Notes: a model not told the origin generated them from the letters alone. A stretch of 64,000 bases of DNA from Eledone cirrhosa (GCA_964016885.1 OZ024753.1:3410001-3474000), one strand, 5' to 3'; shown: positions 47,591 through 61,504, counted from the stretch's first letter. Numbers and translations: made by a program.

Positions 47591-48651
47591 ACAAACAACT
47601 ACTCACGCCCACATATTCATATGTATATAGTTATTATGCTAAAACCTGCCGGTAAATTCACATGGTTATTGAAGAAATGTACTATGCCTTTGGCTTCGTG
47701 TATATTGTTTAATACTATGATACCCTGCCTTGGTTTCAGTAGTTTAAAGACATGAAAGATGTATTGTAGAACTGCTTTTGAACATTCCCCGACAACATCA
47801 TTGCTCTCCTCCTCTGTGTGAATGCCATCAGCACTGTTACTGTAGTAAACATCATTAGCGTCTTTAACGTATCTCGCCTCTTATTGTCTACTTTAAAGCA
47901 CTAACTTTCCATCAGTATGAGCAATGATGTATTTGTGTTCAAACCCTGGAGCTTAAGGCCTAGAGCACCTTTTTGGGGGAGAAAAAGTCAGGGATATATA
48001 GAGAGAAAGAGTGGGAGATAGAGAGAAAGAGTGGGAGATAGAGAGAAAGATCGAAAGAGAGAGAGAAGGGAGATAAGAGAGAAATAGATCAGTTTAAGAA
48101 TGATAACAAGAGAAGGTAAACTTTAAAATTATTCGCAATAAACGATATCTACTTGGCCCTGAATATGTCAGAAAATAAATTTGTTTCTCTCACCCCACTT
48201 ATCTGTTTCCCGCTCTCTCTTTTTATATATTCATGTGTGTATGTACCTATGTCTGTATGTACCTATGCACACATGTGTAAATATATATATGTGTGTGTAT
48301 GTGCGTGTGTGTGTGTGTGTGTATAATGGTGTGTATGTGTTGTGTGTGTGTTTGTAGAGATATGTAGCTACAATAAGAAGCAAATCCCAAGAATTAATTT
48401 GTCAGCCTGTCTAACGTTAACAAGTGGTCATTGTTTGCTGTTATCGGGCTACATAGTGTTACAAGCAATTGGACAAGGTCTCTAGTTTGCGGATGATTTA
48501 TTTCATTTCTTTTCAGTCTGGAGTCACCTGCAAATAATTCTAGGCATTGTTCTACTCTTTCTGAATTAGCATTACAAATTACGGAATATAATATATTTTA
48601 GGGTGATATATTCGTTGTAATGGAATACCAGACGAAGTCAAATAATTTAAG

Positions 48652-48843
48652 CAGACCTGTCAACCCTTCGCCTCAGACGGAGACATCGCCTACCCACTTT
48701 GGTGTGGGCGACAGATGTCTTCTCTTGTGAACATGGGTATAGCTTTCATTATGTAAAATCTCATTTTGCCTCATTTCTTCCCGTTTGGGGGCATGTTTTT
48801 TCATAGTACTCCCTGTTTAGGATTTTAGAGGTTGACAGGTTTG
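48652..48843. mobile_element. MITE with 14-bp TIRs and 6-bp TSD
   Basis: Terminal inverted repeats CAGACCTGTCAACC / GGTTGACAGGTTTG, flanked by TTTAAG on both sides. Confidence 0.8.
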
Positions 48844-49710
48844 TTTAAGGCAACATTCAGAACACTACAACTAAATTTCCTTTCTAGCCATAAATATTAT
48901 GTAAGAAAAAAAAAACGATACATTACTTCGATTTGCACGAAAGGCACAATGAAATACACCCGAAGAAATCAAATGTTTACACAAGTCTCAGAGGCAAAAT
49001 AAATTTTGTAAAATGAAGCACAAGATAAAATAATTTACACATTAAAAACATTAAACATCAAAGGATATTTTAACAAAGTAGTATAGAAAATCAAAGAACA
49101 ATAAAACACAAATACAGTGCAGCTTATATGACAGATACCGCATCTATTAAAACTCACAATAAACGCATGCAGTATATAATATGAATAACGAGCTAACTAA
49201 CTATTAAATAAAAGAATACATTATGAAAATACTTGAAAAATTCCGAACGCAGGATGTTTTACTCATACAATAAATTAGGACAAAATATACACTAAAAGAA
49301 CTTTAAAATTTAACTTCTCATCAATAATATTTTACAAGTATGTAAGCAAAGAAGTAGCTTCTATTCATCAATAAATTTTATAAACACACTTGTGAATATA
49401 AAAGTTGTATACTTCAAGTGTCTAACTAATATATTGACACAGTACATTCACCCCCGCGCAGCTCACCAACCACTGACAACAAAACGTAATTGTAATGCAC
49501 TACACCATACACCGCAAAACTCAACCAGGTAAGACAATATGAGTGGAAAAACACACACACACACACATATATATATATGTCCAGTAGAAGTTGTTTTGGT
49601 TAAAATAGGTGTACGCAGGAGAAAGCTCTCCACACTCGTAGTGTGTATTTTACGATAGAGATTCAGTATAAGTATAACATTAAGAAAAATGCACTTTTAA
49701 TGTTATTCTT

Positions 49711-49749
<39 letters not shown>

Positions 49750-49811
49750 AATAACATTAAAAGTGCATCACAGATCAGAGCAAACATCACGGACGCTCTA
49801 TCTCAAAACTA

Positions 49812-49847
49812 TTTTTGAAAAGCATTAGAAATGCGCAACCGGTAAAA
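49812..49847 (+). ncRNA. Hammerhead motif with U3-A8 core and A13C mutation
   Basis: UUU-UUGAAAA-GCAUU AGA AAUGC-GCAA-CCGG-UA-AAA. Same architecture as 15347-15382 with a different helix II. Confidence 0.55.
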
Positions 49848-49955
49848 CTTAAAACCAAAACTGAATACTAACCAATACTATTACTAATTCTCACTTATTC
49901 CTAATTAAACTATTTTTCACTGTGAACAATTTGTCAGGATTTTCTTTTCCGTTTA

Positions 49956-49997
<42 letters not shown>

Positions 49998-50134
49998 TAT
50001 ATATATAGATATATATATAGATATATATATAGATATATATAGATATATATATAGATATATATATAGATATATATATAGATAGATATATATATAGATATAT
50101 ATATAGATATATATATATATAGATATATATATAG

Positions 50135-50181
<47 letters not shown>

Positions 50182-50205
50182 ATATATATATATATCTATA
50201 TATAT

Positions 50206-50238
50206 CTTGAGCTCAGCCGTCGGGGTCCTACTCGTTCC
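50206..50238 (+). mobile_element. Short family R fragment in TA tract
   Basis: cttgagctcagccgtcggggtcctactcgttcct matches the family R arm end. Confidence 0.7.
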
Positions 50239-52985
50239 TTTATATATATATATATGCATGTGTGTGTGTTCGTCTCAAATAATTCCAATGAACATAAGAA
50301 AAGAAAACTAATTTCACAGCGTGATTTTATATTTTGCTGAATCCTATATATCCAAACCTTACGATCATATCATTGAATCTAAAGTGGCTAGTCAGAGAGC
50401 TCTCAGCAACCTTACTGACATATGATAGCGATAGACATTGAAAGCAACAAGACTATTCTCATTGTCGCTACCATAATTCTTTTCAATAATTTTAATACTG
50501 TTTTATTTAGAAAATTGTTACAAGTAGCTTGCCTCTACAGTCAAGATTAGTATTTTTAAGATTCGTTCTGATAGTAAATAACGTTTATTGATCTGTCAAG
50601 TGTTGTATGAGAATAGCACAAAAGTGAGAATCCTACTTATGATGTATTGATAAGAAAATGCAGCTAGTTGTGGTGTATTTTCGTTTAAATGTATTGTAAG
50701 TCATCTTCTACTTTTTGTTCTTGTTAAATATGTAAATGGTTTATCTCCCACTCATAGGAAACTTTTTTTTTTCTTTTCGTGTCTGCTTTTTTATTGTTTG
50801 GTTTATATAAATTAGTCAATGGAGGAAAGGCAATGTATATAACCTTCATATGTCCTCTTAATCTCATCAAACAACTATGGCTGATGCCCATTCTGAACAT
50901 CTGTAGAAGTGAATGTAAAAATCGTGGGTGGTAAGTTTGGTTCGAATGCTTGATCACACATATTTACGATGCTACAATTTCTGAATAAACAGTCTACGTT
51001 TTCATTTAAAGATCTGTTTATAATAATTTATTCATACAGTTAAATAAACATGTAACTGCTCAGAATCAGCTCATTAATATGCATTTTATGTATATCAAAA
51101 TTTTCCCCCGAATACCATGTTGGTTTTTATGGTTGCCATTGACAACAAACTCATAGTAATTGTTTTATTGATTCTCTCTCCTCTCACACTCAACCCCTCC
51201 TTGTTCTGTTGTTTCATAAAATCAAGCATGATATTTTATTGGATATTCTTCATAGGAATGTTGGAAGTTCAGTATCGAATTTTCTTTTATTTTGTTTTCT
51301 CAGAGGAAAATTACATCAAGTTGCTATAGGATATACTTCCTCTGATTCTATGTATCTCGAAACTTGTGTATCGTAATGTTCAGTTTTGCGGCCATTTAAT
51401 ATACAATGACTTCCTGTAGATTGGTTTTAAGTCCGTTAGCAATGTGGTTGATACGCTTAAATGGCTTCTCTATTTTTAATCCTTTGTTTTCATAATGACA
51501 TGCAAGTAACAAAGTCCCAAAGTGTATCATTGACATTAAAAGACGGATTGATTTCCATCTCCTTAAGCTTAGTGAAGCTAAAATATATATCAGGATATTT
51601 GCCAGTATGTTATAAGTCTTTCCAAGAATATTGCCACATGTGTAATACTTTTATTACAATAAGAAAAATAAACGTGTTTTATTAGTCGAACAATATATGT
51701 AGGCATTTATTCAAAATAACTAGTGAATTTCCATAAATACAAAGAAGGTTAGTAACACTTGCAATATTTCTACCAGGAAAAATTGCAGATTTTATTTCTA
51801 CATTGTTATATTCTCATAATGAATACACTTAATTCTTTCGTTTTTTTCTCTTATTTTCTCCTTTTCGTTTATTTCCGTTCTTTTTTTTTTCTTTTTTTTT
51901 TTATAATAGTCAAATACCAATAAATTTAAAACATGTTTATCCGTTCTGCATTGAGTTTAAATTTCAAAGTCATAGGATTATTAAGTGTTACTATGCAAAA
52001 CTACAATGTTGACGAGGGAACATGCTTCAAATTCCATGTCAAATTTTTCCTTTTATCTAAACAGGGTTGATGAATTAAGTGCTAGTATGGTGCTGGCATT
52101 GATTTAATCGACTATTGACTCCTACCTCATCAACCTCACTAGTATCTGCCCCTGTGGTTTGTTATTATAAATCAATATTAGTATTTAATGTATGATTTAT
52201 ATATCACATCATGTTTGTTTTGTATTTGTATTTAATTCCATCTCCTATGCATTCTTGAAATTGTCCTACTTTCATTATCATTTGAATCAAACGGTTCCTC
52301 AGACAAAGTTCAACTTATAATTTATAAATATTGCACACTCTAAACAAATGTTAATTTTAATTACAATTCATTGTTTAATTATATTTATATTCATATTTTA
52401 TTCACTAGTTTTATTCCGTTGTTTCGATTGAATTATAATTTTGTTATTATCCCCATCGGCGATATAGATTCTTTGTACTTTTAATGCTCTCATGGGTTCA
52501 GGAATATTATAGTTTTATTGTGTCTGATTGTTATAGCATTTATATTTAAGCTACCAACCAGACCATCACACATACATCCACATACATGAAAAAATCAAAG
52601 GAGCAGTAAGGGTGAACCTGAAAATAATCAACCTTGTGTGATGCTAACGAATACACACACATATATATGTATACATTGTGTGTATATATATATACACACA
52701 ATGTATACACACATATACACACAATATTTGTTTCAAAACATATTTCCACATCACGAACATTCGAAAGTAAATAGAAAAAACAACAACCGCAAAACAAAAA
52801 CAAACAAAAAACATTATTTACATTTTTATCACCTATTCTTGGGAAGAGAATGGTTTGTGTGGCGTCCATTTTTTCGTCATCTTCGCACACATTTTTTTTC
52901 TTTATCTTGTATGACCTTATATAAGTATATTTGTATGTATATATATATATATACATACATGAATGTAGTAATATACATATATGAA

Positions 52986-53099
52986 TGTAGTAATCAGATT
53001 TTTTCTAAATGAGTCGAGCTCATGCCCACATGGTCTGGCACTATCGAACTATAAAAGTGGCCTTGACGCCGACATGTTTTGAAAAAATCTGGTTACTAC
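52986..53099. repeat. Degenerate inverted repeat
   Basis: gtagtaatcagattttttc / gaaaaaatctggttactac, next to a TA-rich tract. Confidence 0.5.
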
Positions 53100-53248
53100 T
53101 TTCAACAACCTAGGACTAAAAATTACCATCTCTACCACCTCTCCAGTGTTAACTTCCTAGACGTTAACTTAGACCTGCATACACTCAGTGAAAGATGTAA
53201 CTATATTCAGAAGGACTCTAGTCACTCATATACATATATATAATAAAT

Positions 53249-53436
53249 AATTGTTTCTACTTTTGGCACAAGGCCAGCAAATACTCAGTACATTACTGGT
53301 ACTTTATTTTATCGACCCCGTAAGGATGAAAGGCAAAGTTAACCTCGGCGGGATTTGAACTCAAACCGTAAAGGGACGTAACTATGCTAGAAAGCTAGGC
53401 GTCCGACCCTCTACAGATACTGACAATTCACCGCCC
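53249..53436 (-). mobile_element. SINE S1
   Basis: Full length, TSD tatataataaataat. Confidence 0.9.
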
Positions 53437-54431
53437 TATATAATAAATAATAAATACAAAGTTCAAACCTCAGAGAGGACTTGATAAAGATTGTATATGT
53501 GTAAGTGTATATAAAACTATAGAGCATATATCATAATTAGCCCAGATTAAAAGTTTAAGCAAACAATTCCTGATTTTACCCTAAAACGGTATCTTTCTGA
53601 TGTAAATATTTCGAAGAAATTATGAGCAAATATTGCCTTTACCAAAATTGTAAAACCGGTATGGTATATGTAAATATTTCTATGTCTAGCGACGTGACGG
53701 CTCGATAAACAAGTAATAGAATGATGGTAAATGAGATCGAAGAAAAGCCTTTAAAGCTACGAACCATCATGGCTGCAGACTAATCATTGAAACACGCACA
53801 CACATTATATATATATATGTATGTATGTATATATATGATACGAAGAGGAGATAGAAAAAAGGTAGAGATAAATCCATGTAGATATATCTTTGGTAATAAT
53901 TATCTGATTAATGTGTCATTTATTCTGCCATATTTATCATGTATCCGTTGGATTAGTCTATACCCAGATAAATCCAAGAGAATATCGACTGGACACTCTA
54001 TCAAATGTATCAAATGTATATGAGAGGACAAAACAGTTAAGCGAAACACGTTTATCTCATAAAACATTCCTAAACGTATATTGGATATCTATTCGTCGTA
54101 TGCTATATCGTTGAAAAATGTAGATTGTTTAAAGATACATCCTACATCAAAAATTAAATGTTTTAGTGGTATATAAACAAACATTATCTCAGAAGAATTG
54201 ACTAATTAGAAGTATATCTTGTATTCTAATAAAGTAGAATTATCACATGACTTATCGATCACTGATTGGTTGATATCTTTGAAATATTGTTTATCATTAT
54301 TGTGTGTTCTTTGATATAATAAATATTATCTGGGTTTTACTGCAATATAGAATATGATGTAAGGACTTATATCTGGCAGTTAATTATTACTATTATTATT
54401 ATTATTAATATTGTTATTATTATTGGTCTAA

Positions 54432-54862
54432 GGATGATGGATTTGCAGAATCGGTAGAGCGTCGGATAAGAAACTTTACTGCGGTATATAGTTACGGCCC
54501 TTTATGTTATAAGCTCAAAACCCGCCGAAGTTAACTTTGCCTTTCATTTTTACGGCGTCGACAAAATAAAGTACCAGTAACTTACTGGGGTGGATTTAAT
54601 CGAAATTTCCCTACCCCAGAATTGTTGGCCTTGTGCCTAAATCTGAAACCATTAATTATTATTAATAATGGATTGGGCGGTGGATTGGGAGTATCGGTAG
54701 AGGGTCGGACGCCATGCTTTCCAGCATAGTTACGTCCCTTTACGATTTGAGTTCAAATCCCGCCGAGGTTGACTTTGCCTTTCATCCTTATGGGGTCGAT
54801 AAAATAAAGTACCAGTAATGTACTGGGTAATTGCTGGCCTGGTGCTTAAAGTAGAAACAATT
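54432..54862 (+). mobile_element. Older long-form S1-related SINE followed by a young S1 copy
   Basis: 54432-54653 (with an extra segment before the tail) and 54675-54862, flanked by the duplicated attaattattattaataat. Confidence 0.85.
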
Positions 54863-56040
54863 AATTATTATTAATAATATTAGCAGCAACGGCAACAGTA
54901 ACAGTAGTAGTAGTAGTAGTAGTAGTAGTAGGAAGGAAGGGTGGGTGGTGGTGGGTAGGGATGAGAATATACGGGAATTTGGTCAATCCTGTTTTCCCGA
55001 CAGCATCTCGCTGGCAGAAGTATAGTCTTGTAATAAAGAAACATTGGGTATGTTTCCAGATGCTCATAGTTATATACAAGTCGGGGATGTAGCTGGTGTT
55101 TCGTCACATCTTGCAGCCTGTAAAGAAATAGCGACAACCAAGAGCCCATACTTTCAGAATCACATGTAAATACTATGGTTCGGCCATTAACTTTAGTGTA
55201 TTCTGAAGTCCATTCAGAGAAAGAGCTATGGCCAATATTCAATAATCCCAGGATGTAAATTATGTTGGAATTGATATTGCGTTTATCCTTTCTAGTTTCT
55301 ACTTCAGCGTCTCGCAAGCTTTTTTGGCCTCTGTCTCAATATGTTTCTCCTCTAAAACAAAAAACAACAAAAAATACATTTTTCCCAATATAACCAAAGT
55401 ATATATCATATTAGATATCATAGTATATATCATAGTATATAGCATAGTGCATAGCATAGTACGTTCGCCTCATTCTGAAGTTTCACGCCCAAGCAAAGTA
55501 CTGTGATGCCATTTTGTATATATACGTAACTAAACATTATATTACTTTACCATAAACAGAAACAAATCTACATCATCTCAATACCACCCATGAAAATGAT
55601 TAAATGCAAAAACAGTCGATCCTATAGAGGGAACATTATATCAGAGGTCTGTCAACAGGGAACCCTGCCCACAAAGTATCAAAGTATCAAATACATACGT
55701 AACTAAAACCGTTAGATGGCTTAACCTGGATGTAAATTCCTCTATAACAAACCAAAGCTACCCACGAACTCAAGCAAATATAATCCATAATCATATATTC
55801 GTCCTCACTTACAAATCCGTTCTTCAAATTTACATCCTAACTATCCTCGCACACAACCAAACATCTGTACCATTTACTTCTATTCGGTGGCGGACGTCAT
55901 CCGGCTACAACCATCGTAATAAGTCTTTTTAAAAATAATCTATCATGAATAAAATTACGACTCAATTGCATAATTGGTTATGCACCCAAATATAATCCGT
56001 GTAACCACCAGGTATACTCCCCAACAAGATATGTAAATAT

Positions 56041-56227
56041 AATTGTTTCTACTTTAGGCACAAGGCCAGCAATTACCCAGTGCATTACTGGTACTTTATT
56101 TTATCGACCCCGTAAGGATGAAAGGCAAAGTCAACCTCGGCGGGATTTGAACTCAGATCGTAAAGGGACATAACTATGCAGGAAAGCATGACGTCTGACC
56201 CTCTACAGATACTGCCAATCCACCGCC
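56041..56227 (-). mobile_element. SINE S1
   Basis: Full length, TSD tgta(a/g)atataat. Confidence 0.9.
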
Positions 56228-57786
56228 TCTGTAGATATAATGATTTATGGTTTCATCAGACAATGTTCATTATATGGTTATACTGCCTCATCGTAACTAT
56301 GCTTCCTTAAACTCAGGTTGATGTATTTAAAAATATTTAGACTAATATAAAACGTTTGGTGAGTGATTAGGGTGATAGAATTACGATCGTAACGTCATGA
56401 GTTGGATCCACGGACGCGCAACTTGCTATACCCTTGAGCAAGGTGCTTCATTTTACATTGATGTAATCTATTCAAGTGAAATAATAAACGTTAAAAGCGA
56501 CTGAGAACTTAATCTTTCGACATACTCAGCATCGCTTAACAGCACATAAAACAGCGATAATTTCCTGTCTGATGAGCACCTAAGCACGACACACGCTTTG
56601 ATTTGAAAATAACTTTCAGAGAATATTAACAATGAATGAGCATAACTTAGTCTTTGTATTTGACCAAACTAGCTCACATAGAATACTTCTAAATTCTCTA
56701 TTTAAATAATCGTTATGTCAGATGACTCCATGTATTGGTAACTTAATCTTTCGTTCTTTGATAGTTACGACTCACCCATGTTTGTGCATTCAAAATTATT
56801 TCCGTATAATCTTCCTAACAGTATTTGTACATTATAACCTCCTAGCACTCTTTATCATCTCCTTAGATCTATTTGTTCGCTATAATCTTCTCAGTAATAT
56901 GCGCTGTTCTGTTATGTTTCTATTGTACTGCGTTACTTTGTACTTTGTAATTGACTGTAATTCGTCTTAATATGCCTAATAAATTCAAAATGACGAGGTT
57001 TACATTTACATGATTTTAGAGCTAAATTTCTATGTTAATTTCATATAAAAATTTCAAATTAATTTTGATACTGATTATCTCATCAGTTTTGTGATTCTCT
57101 GCTTATGCAAGTATGCGCAATTTATTTCTCATCTACTAATGAAAGAGTAGTTCTACCATGGAACACTCTTTTGTATTACATGATTTCATTTATGACTGTA
57201 ACGAATCACATTAATTTTAGTGAGATCAATGGGGAAGTGAATATTTACTTTCTTTTACAGATATTCTTCGGACTGAGGGTGGCGAATTGGTTGATAGAGT
57301 CGTTAGGACGTCACATTAAAAGAAAACCCTCGGTATTTGTTGAGGCTAAACGAGTTCAAATCCCGCCGAGGGTAATTAGGTACAACACGAGTACTGTGAT
57401 CGATTTTTCCTCTGTATTTCCTTCTCTCATTGGAGGAAATCGGCCATGCTCCGATCTTGAAGGGGATAGTCGCCGGCATATTTTAATGCCCAAGACATGC
57501 GGTGAATGATATATACACCCCTGTAAATCCATCGGGAATTCCATTGTGGCTGTACCGGGGCTTCTGAACTTCCCATATTTTTTCTTGTTTTCTTTAGGGA
57601 ACGGCATTCAGCAAGAAACATAGAAATAGTTGCCGAAACATTTCTCTCTTTACAAGCAGGCATCCAATATTTCGTTTTTGTTTACTTTCCTTTTTAATTC
57701 GCCTATTTTAAAATACATTTGTACATTCATTACACTTGGGCTTTTAACGACTGCTCTTTTGGACTACCTTTATTCGGTTTAAATTT

Positions 57787-57854
<68 letters not shown>

Positions 57855-58041
57855 CATATATACAGAGAGAGGGAGAGAGAGAGAGAGAGAGACGTTGAGT
57901 GCTTTTCCTACTATTATATCATGGTTAACTATAGGGAATGACGAGCTCTGTCCAGGGGTAAAACACCAAATGTTAATAAATACACACGCACATATATATA
58001 TATATATATATTATACATATATATATATATATATATTATAC

Positions 58042-58072
<31 letters not shown>

Positions 58073-58117
58073 GGGACGAAACATAAGTCAATTGCATGAA
58101 CTCATAATCCTTTATTT

Positions 58118-58173
58118 ACTGCTATATATATTTCGATGATAGCCATTGAATGGCTATGACCTCATCAGGCCGT
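58118..58173 (-). ncRNA. Hammerhead ribozyme (family Y)
   Basis: ACGGC-CUGAUGA-GGUC AUAGCCAU UCA AUGGCUAU CAUC-GAAA-UAUAUA-UA-GCAGU. It lies in a ~165-bp segment (58072-58237) between (TA)n tracts. Confidence 0.8.
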
Positions 58174-58232
58174 TAGTCAGTTCTTAGATATGCCAGCTCT
58201 GTGTTAAAAGTGTTGATGGTATCAGAGCCTTG

Positions 58233-58280
<48 letters not shown>

Positions 58281-58815
58281 TTGATGGGCAAAGTTTCTGT
58301 CAACTGGGTTTTATTGACTAGTCTTTGACCGACTCAATGCTACAAACGAAAGAACATGATCAAGATTCTGTGTAACGGCATTGAGCCTAGATTTATGTGA
58401 TTGTGAAACAAAAGACTGAACCACACGTTTATTATCACGTCTATTTTGCGTCTTTTTAGTGGTATCGTCTTTTCTAGATGTGAAGTTGACAGGGTGAACG
58501 GACTTAAAATGCCATATGTGACATATGTCCTGTTATAATTTAAGTAAGAAATTTATAAATAAATTCACAAACACACACACAAATACACAAATATACATAC
58601 ATACAGGGAAAGGGACATAGATAGAAAGAGAAGAACAAATAATTTGAAGTAAACAGGAAGAGAGAGAAAGAGAGTATAGAAGGGTGAGATAGATAAAGGA
58701 AGAGAGTAGAGAAGTGAGATAGAGAGTGAAAGAGAGTATAGAAAGGGGAGATAGAGAAGGGTTAAGTGAGATAGAGAGAAGGTATAGAAGGAATGAGATA
58801 GAGAGAAAGTATAGA

Positions 58816-58892
<77 letters not shown>

Positions 58893-59359
58893 TGAAATAT
58901 AGAGAATGTGTGTAAATATATGAGGAATGAAATATTGAGATTAGTAAACAGAATATGATATGGCAGAGATGGATTTCAGAAGACTACAGCAACTGAAGAA
59001 GACACGTTCACTAAAAAATATAAACTTTAAAGAAGAGTAAGAAAATCTTTGTACTTAAAAATCTAAACGAAAGAAGTATAAACAACAATATTAAAACCTA
59101 AACAAATAAGAACAAGTAATTACAAAATAAGAAGAGAAAATGTGAAAATGTCTCCTGAAATTGAAGTGGTGAATTTCTAACATTATACATCACCTCTTAT
59201 TGAAAATGTTTACTTCTACCGAAATAAATTGGGAGGTGAAAGTAGCTACTTTCTCTCTCCATTTACACGCATGCACTAATATGACAAAAAATGGGTTACA
59301 GAAACTCACACACACACACGTGTATGTATATATATAAATATACACACACACACACACAC

Positions 59360-59401
<42 letters not shown>

Positions 59402-59595
59402 CGTTTCTGAATTTGTTTAGCAAGATTCTTTATCTGAAATCGTGTGTTGAAACCGATATTGTTATACTTTGGGAGGGTCATGTTGCCAATAAAAAACACA
59501 CGCACCAGGTGTTTCACTTCAATTTATTATTATAATAAATTTATAAATTTCTGGTTGGTTGGTTGGTTCCACAACCAGATAGTTGTTTATATATT

Positions 59596-59638
59596 GTCAT
59601 AGTTCTTTCGTCACACACTCTGTGACCTCTTCAGTGAC
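59596..59638 (-). ncRNA. Minimal type I hammerhead ribozyme (family N)
   Basis: GUCA-CUGAAGA-G-GUCACA GAGUG UGUGAC-GAAA-GAAC-UA-UGAC, with perfect helices I and II. Confidence 0.85.
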
Positions 59639-59772
59639 TGGGGATTCCTTTCTTTGTTTCTGTGCCTCTCCTTTGTTCTGTCCTACGCCATTTTGTTTGT
59701 GTGTGTCCACAGAAACAAAATGGCATAGGACAGAACAAAGGAGAGGCACAGAAACAAAGAAAGGAATCCCCA

Positions 59773-59815
59773 GTCACTGAAAAGGTCACAGAGTGTGTGA
59801 CGAAAGAACTATGAC
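59773..59815 (+). ncRNA. Hammerhead, second arm of family N element (G8A mutant)
   Basis: Identical to 59596-59638 except that the core reads CUGAAAA. Confidence 0.7.
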
Positions 59816-59971
59816 AATATATAAACAACTATCTGGTTGTGGAACCAACCAACCAACCAGAAATTTATAAATTTATAAATTTATTATAAATTTATTATAA
59901 TAATAAATTGAAGTGAAAGCAACTGGTGCGTGTGTTTCTTATTGGCAACATGACCCTCCCAAAGTATAACA

Positions 59972-60005
<34 letters not shown>

Positions 60006-60217
60006 ATATATATCTTTTCCTGGGTCCTGTATTTTCGTTGCTCTAGTGATGCGGCTGGACTGCCGACCGCTATATCAGATTTGCTAAGCTGTCTGAACGT
60101 AATGTTATTACTCTGGGGTCTTTCCTCATCTGAGTGCTCAAGCTACAGACCGATTATGCATTCGTTAGCTTGGCCTTATTCTAAAGCTTCGTCAATGCTC
60201 TACTAAAATTTATATAA

Positions 60218-60296
<79 letters not shown>

Positions 60297-60727
60297 CATA
60301 TATATATACATATATATATTATACATATACGCATATGCATATATTTTATATATATATATATATATATACATACATATATATTTATATATATATATAATTG
60401 TATGTGTCTCACTTCCTCCGTTCCATGTGTGTTTCTTTTAAGTATGTAGTTAGAGTTACTGTGATCTTTTGCTGTGATATCAAAATAAAATATACAAGTT
60501 CTTCGCAAATCACACGAAATTATTGCACAGCTGACAGGAAATGAATAATTATCAGGAACAAATTATTAACGCCCTCCAATAGATGATGTTGTAATCATAT
60601 TTACTTTAACATGGTTACTTTTACTTTAATGATTCTTATTACACTACCTCTACATAAACCTAGATATTACATTGCATCTTATGACTACATACACATATAT
60701 CTATTTCTCTGCATTTACCTCAAACAT

Positions 60728-60766
<39 letters not shown>

Positions 60767-60816
60767 CATAATATATGTGTTTGTATATATATATATTTAT
60801 CTCTCTCTTCCTCTCT

Positions 60817-60848
<32 letters not shown>

Positions 60849-60850
<2 letters not shown>

Positions 60851-60917
60851 CAAAGAATCGCTGCTTTCACCCTTAAGGGTGAAAGCAGCGATTCTTTGCT
60901 TAAACTTTAATCTGTTA

Positions 60918-60926
<9 letters not shown>
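60849..60926. mobile_element. Family C element with a perfect 52-bp palindrome
   Basis: 60849-60900 is a loopless perfect palindrome centred at 60874/60875, with (TA)n flanks. Confidence 0.8.
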
Positions 60927-60950
<24 letters not shown>

Positions 60951-60957
<7 letters not shown>

Positions 60958-61129
60958 AATATATATCATTAGTACAGATTAGAAGTTTAAAGTTTAAGCA
61001 ATGAATTTCTGCTTTCACCCTAAGCGGTATTTTGCGAAGATTCCCCTGAGGGTGAAAGCAGAGATTTACAGCTTAAACTTCTAATCTGTACTAATGATAT
61101 ATATTTACTATACGGGTTTATATATATCT

Positions 61130-61133
<4 letters not shown>
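60951..61133. mobile_element. Family C-related fold-back element
   Basis: Imperfect hairpin at 60951-61112 with an 8-bp duplication in the left arm. Confidence 0.7.
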
Positions 61134-61201
<68 letters not shown>

Positions 61202-61277
61202 AACAGAAATAACAACACAATCAGTACAGTATATGGGAGGGATATATAAGGTTAACGCTTGATATAGCAGGAAGAGG

Positions 61278-61315
61278 GTCTTAACGCTTCGGACGCTAGT
61301 CCTTCATCAGAAGAC
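61278..61315 (-). ncRNA. Hammerhead ribozyme motif, A15.1G mutant (family Q)
   Basis: GUCUU-CUGAUGA-A-GGAC UAGC GUCC-GAAG-CG-UU-AAGAC, with a 5-bp helix I. The consensus with the 15745 copy is canonical. Confidence 0.65.
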
Positions 61316-61334
61316 AGATTATATATATATCTCT

Positions 61335-61504
61335 TTAAGGGGGGTAAAATTCCCGAGATCCATGGACGAGTTCTCTCCAGCGGTCTCTGTCCCTCATTAT
61401 CGCTGCCATATCCTGCATCTCCAACAGACCAGTGTCTGTCCTTAGGGCATCAACATATGTTAACCTTGGTCTTCCTCTTCTAGTGTGTCCATGTAGGGGC
61501 TCCC

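Larger units (their letters stand above)
59398..59975. mobile_element. Penelope-like fold-back element, family N (largest, ~250-bp arms)
   Basis: Arms at 59456-59703 and 59708-59975, a ~57-bp unpaired tail at 59398-59455, and (TA)n on both sides. Confidence 0.85.

Noticed and set aside
54880-55375. Possible minus-strand exons (strong acceptor-like ttttgttttag near 55352; 145-aa ORF)
   Set aside because: All three frames after the acceptor stop within about 17 codons and the ORF has no recognisable domain. A UTR or terminal exon cannot be excluded without RNA data.
57056-57091. Minus-strand CUGAUGA-GAUA..UAUC-AAAA motif
   Set aside because: G12A change, poor helix I and no element context; too weak to call.
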